From Octopus sinensis (Eukaryota), in assembly GCF_006345805.1 (NCBI RefSeq), contig NC_043015.1, positions 13,268,001 to 13,332,000 of the forward strand: a stretch of 64,000 nt of DNA. The letters run 5' to 3'. How positions within the stretch are numbered: position 1 is the first letter of the stretch; the number at the start of each line of letters is the position of its first letter. Made by a program: the position numbers and the translations under genes. This document shows positions 62,559-64,000 of this stretch, piece after piece. Below the pieces are notes generated by a model. That model ran no database searches and was not told where the DNA came from. It saw nothing but the letters and a program-made list of their open reading frames with translations.

Positions 62559-62740
62559 TATATGGGTACAGGACGTCACCAACTATAAACAACATGTAGT
62601 ACGAAAACAAGCGAGTTGAGTACATAAACACCGAGAGAAAAACATTAAAAACAGGACAAGTAACACAAATAACGACCCATCATCAGTTGTCGGCTATGTA
62701 TCTACTCACACATGCACACACACACACACACACACACACA

Positions 62741-62772
<32 letters not shown>

Positions 62773-62852
62773 GTATTGGTATGTTGATGCAAATAGGAAA
62801 ACTAGAACTCAAGATGTGAGTATATGTACATTTATATTTAACAGAATTAACA

Positions 62853-62931
62853 GAGTGACTTAAGGTCCGAGAGTTTCGTGCGTTAGTTTGATAAGTGCCA
62901 ACGCACGAAGCTCTCGGATTTTGAGTCACTC
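62853..62931 (+). ncRNA. Candidate pre-miRNA-like hairpin (32-bp stem, 15-nt loop)
   Basis: 28 Watson-Crick and 4 G.U pairs with no bulges on the plus strand; expression unknown. Confidence 0.4.
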
Positions 62932-63045
62932 CGTTACTTTTGCTTAATATTAAGATGTGTATGTGTGTGTGAGCGGGCGCCCGCGCAAACACATACATAC
63001 ACACATACATACATATATACATACATACATACATACATACATACA

Positions 63046-63077
<32 letters not shown>

Positions 63078-63552
63078 CATACATACATACATACATTTAT
63101 ATGTATGTATGGCAACGTCTGAAAGACTACTTTGAAATATTTATACACACACACACACACACATATATATATATTATACACATTTATACGTACACACATA
63201 TATACATACATACAAACATGTATATACATATATACATATATATATATATATACATATATACATATACATATATACATATATTTCAAAGTAGTCTTTCTGA
63301 TGTTGCTATAGGATATTCTTTTATCAAAATATTATATTGCGCAAGCAGGTAATACTTTGAAGGCATTTTGTAGCAGTTGCTAATTATACGGTTATGTCGT
63401 CCATAGAAATATTACATAATCGACATATTCGGTTGCATTGTTGAATATTTTAAGAGCTTCTCTTGCAGTTTTATCCAACAGTCATTTTAAAGTTATATTT
63501 TGCTCGAGGATTACAATACCATAGTCTACGAGAAATGATGTGATGTGTTCTT

Positions 63553-63768
63553 AACTCTTTTACTCTTTTACTTGTTTCAGTCATTTGACTACGACCATGC
63601 TGGAGCACCGCCTTTTAGTCGAGCAAATCGACCCCAGGACTTATTCTTTGTAAGCCTAGTACTTATTCTATCGGTCTCTCTTGCCGAACCGCTAGGTTAC
63701 GGGGACGTAAGCACACCAACATCGGTTGTCAAGCGATGCTGGGGGTGGGGGGACAAACACAGACACAC

Positions 63769-63799
<31 letters not shown>

Positions 63800-63977
63800 T
63801 ACATACATATATACGATAGGCTTCTTTCAGTTTCCGTCTACCAAATCCACTCACAAGGCTTTGGTCGGCCCGAGGCTATAGTAGAAGACACTTGCCCAAA
63901 GGTGCCACGCAGTGGGACTGAACACGGAACCATGTGGTTGGTAAGCAAGCTACTTACCACACATCCACTCCTGCACC
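63553..63977 (-). mobile_element. SINE family B, young full-length copy
   Basis: Reverse complement of 5446-5815 with few differences. Confidence 0.92.
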
Positions 63978-64000
63978 TATATGTTCTAACACATTTCTTG

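Overview
AT-rich eukaryotic non-coding DNA, very dense in microsatellites. It is most likely an octopus or other coleoid cephalopod genome (inferred from the SINE families and repeat landscape, not confirmed by a search). I find no confidently supported host protein-coding gene, rRNA, tRNA gene or CRISPR array, and almost all listed ORFs are translations of microsatellites or decayed transposons. The window is a transposon graveyard. It holds three tRNA-derived SINE families (labelled A, B, C here), four fragments of restriction-like-endonuclease (R4/Dong-like) LINEs, RTE and CR1/Jockey-like LINE fragments, Penelope-like terminal-repeat fragments with minimal hammerhead-ribozyme-like cores, mariner/Tc1/Tigger/hAT elements and MITEs, and Helitrons. 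Main highlights: (1) a 5.3-kb composite Helitron (45970-51266, minus) with both termini recoverable, containing a nested full-length mariner, a nested HINE-like element, an inverted Rep segment from a second subfamily and an array of palindromic repeats; (2) three nested TIR elements (57383-58657) holding a 184-bp, 4-mismatch inverted copy of nearby unique, exon-like sequence (59817-60000); (3) a pre-miRNA-like hairpin at 62853-62931 whose four non-Watson-Crick positions are all G.U pairs on the plus strand; (4) four hammerhead-like cores; (5) head-to-tail SINE trains and an orphan element sitting in (AAT/ATT)n tracts; (6) a 455-bp higher-order triplication built from microsatellites. All analysis was by eye; boundaries of degenerate repeats are approximate.
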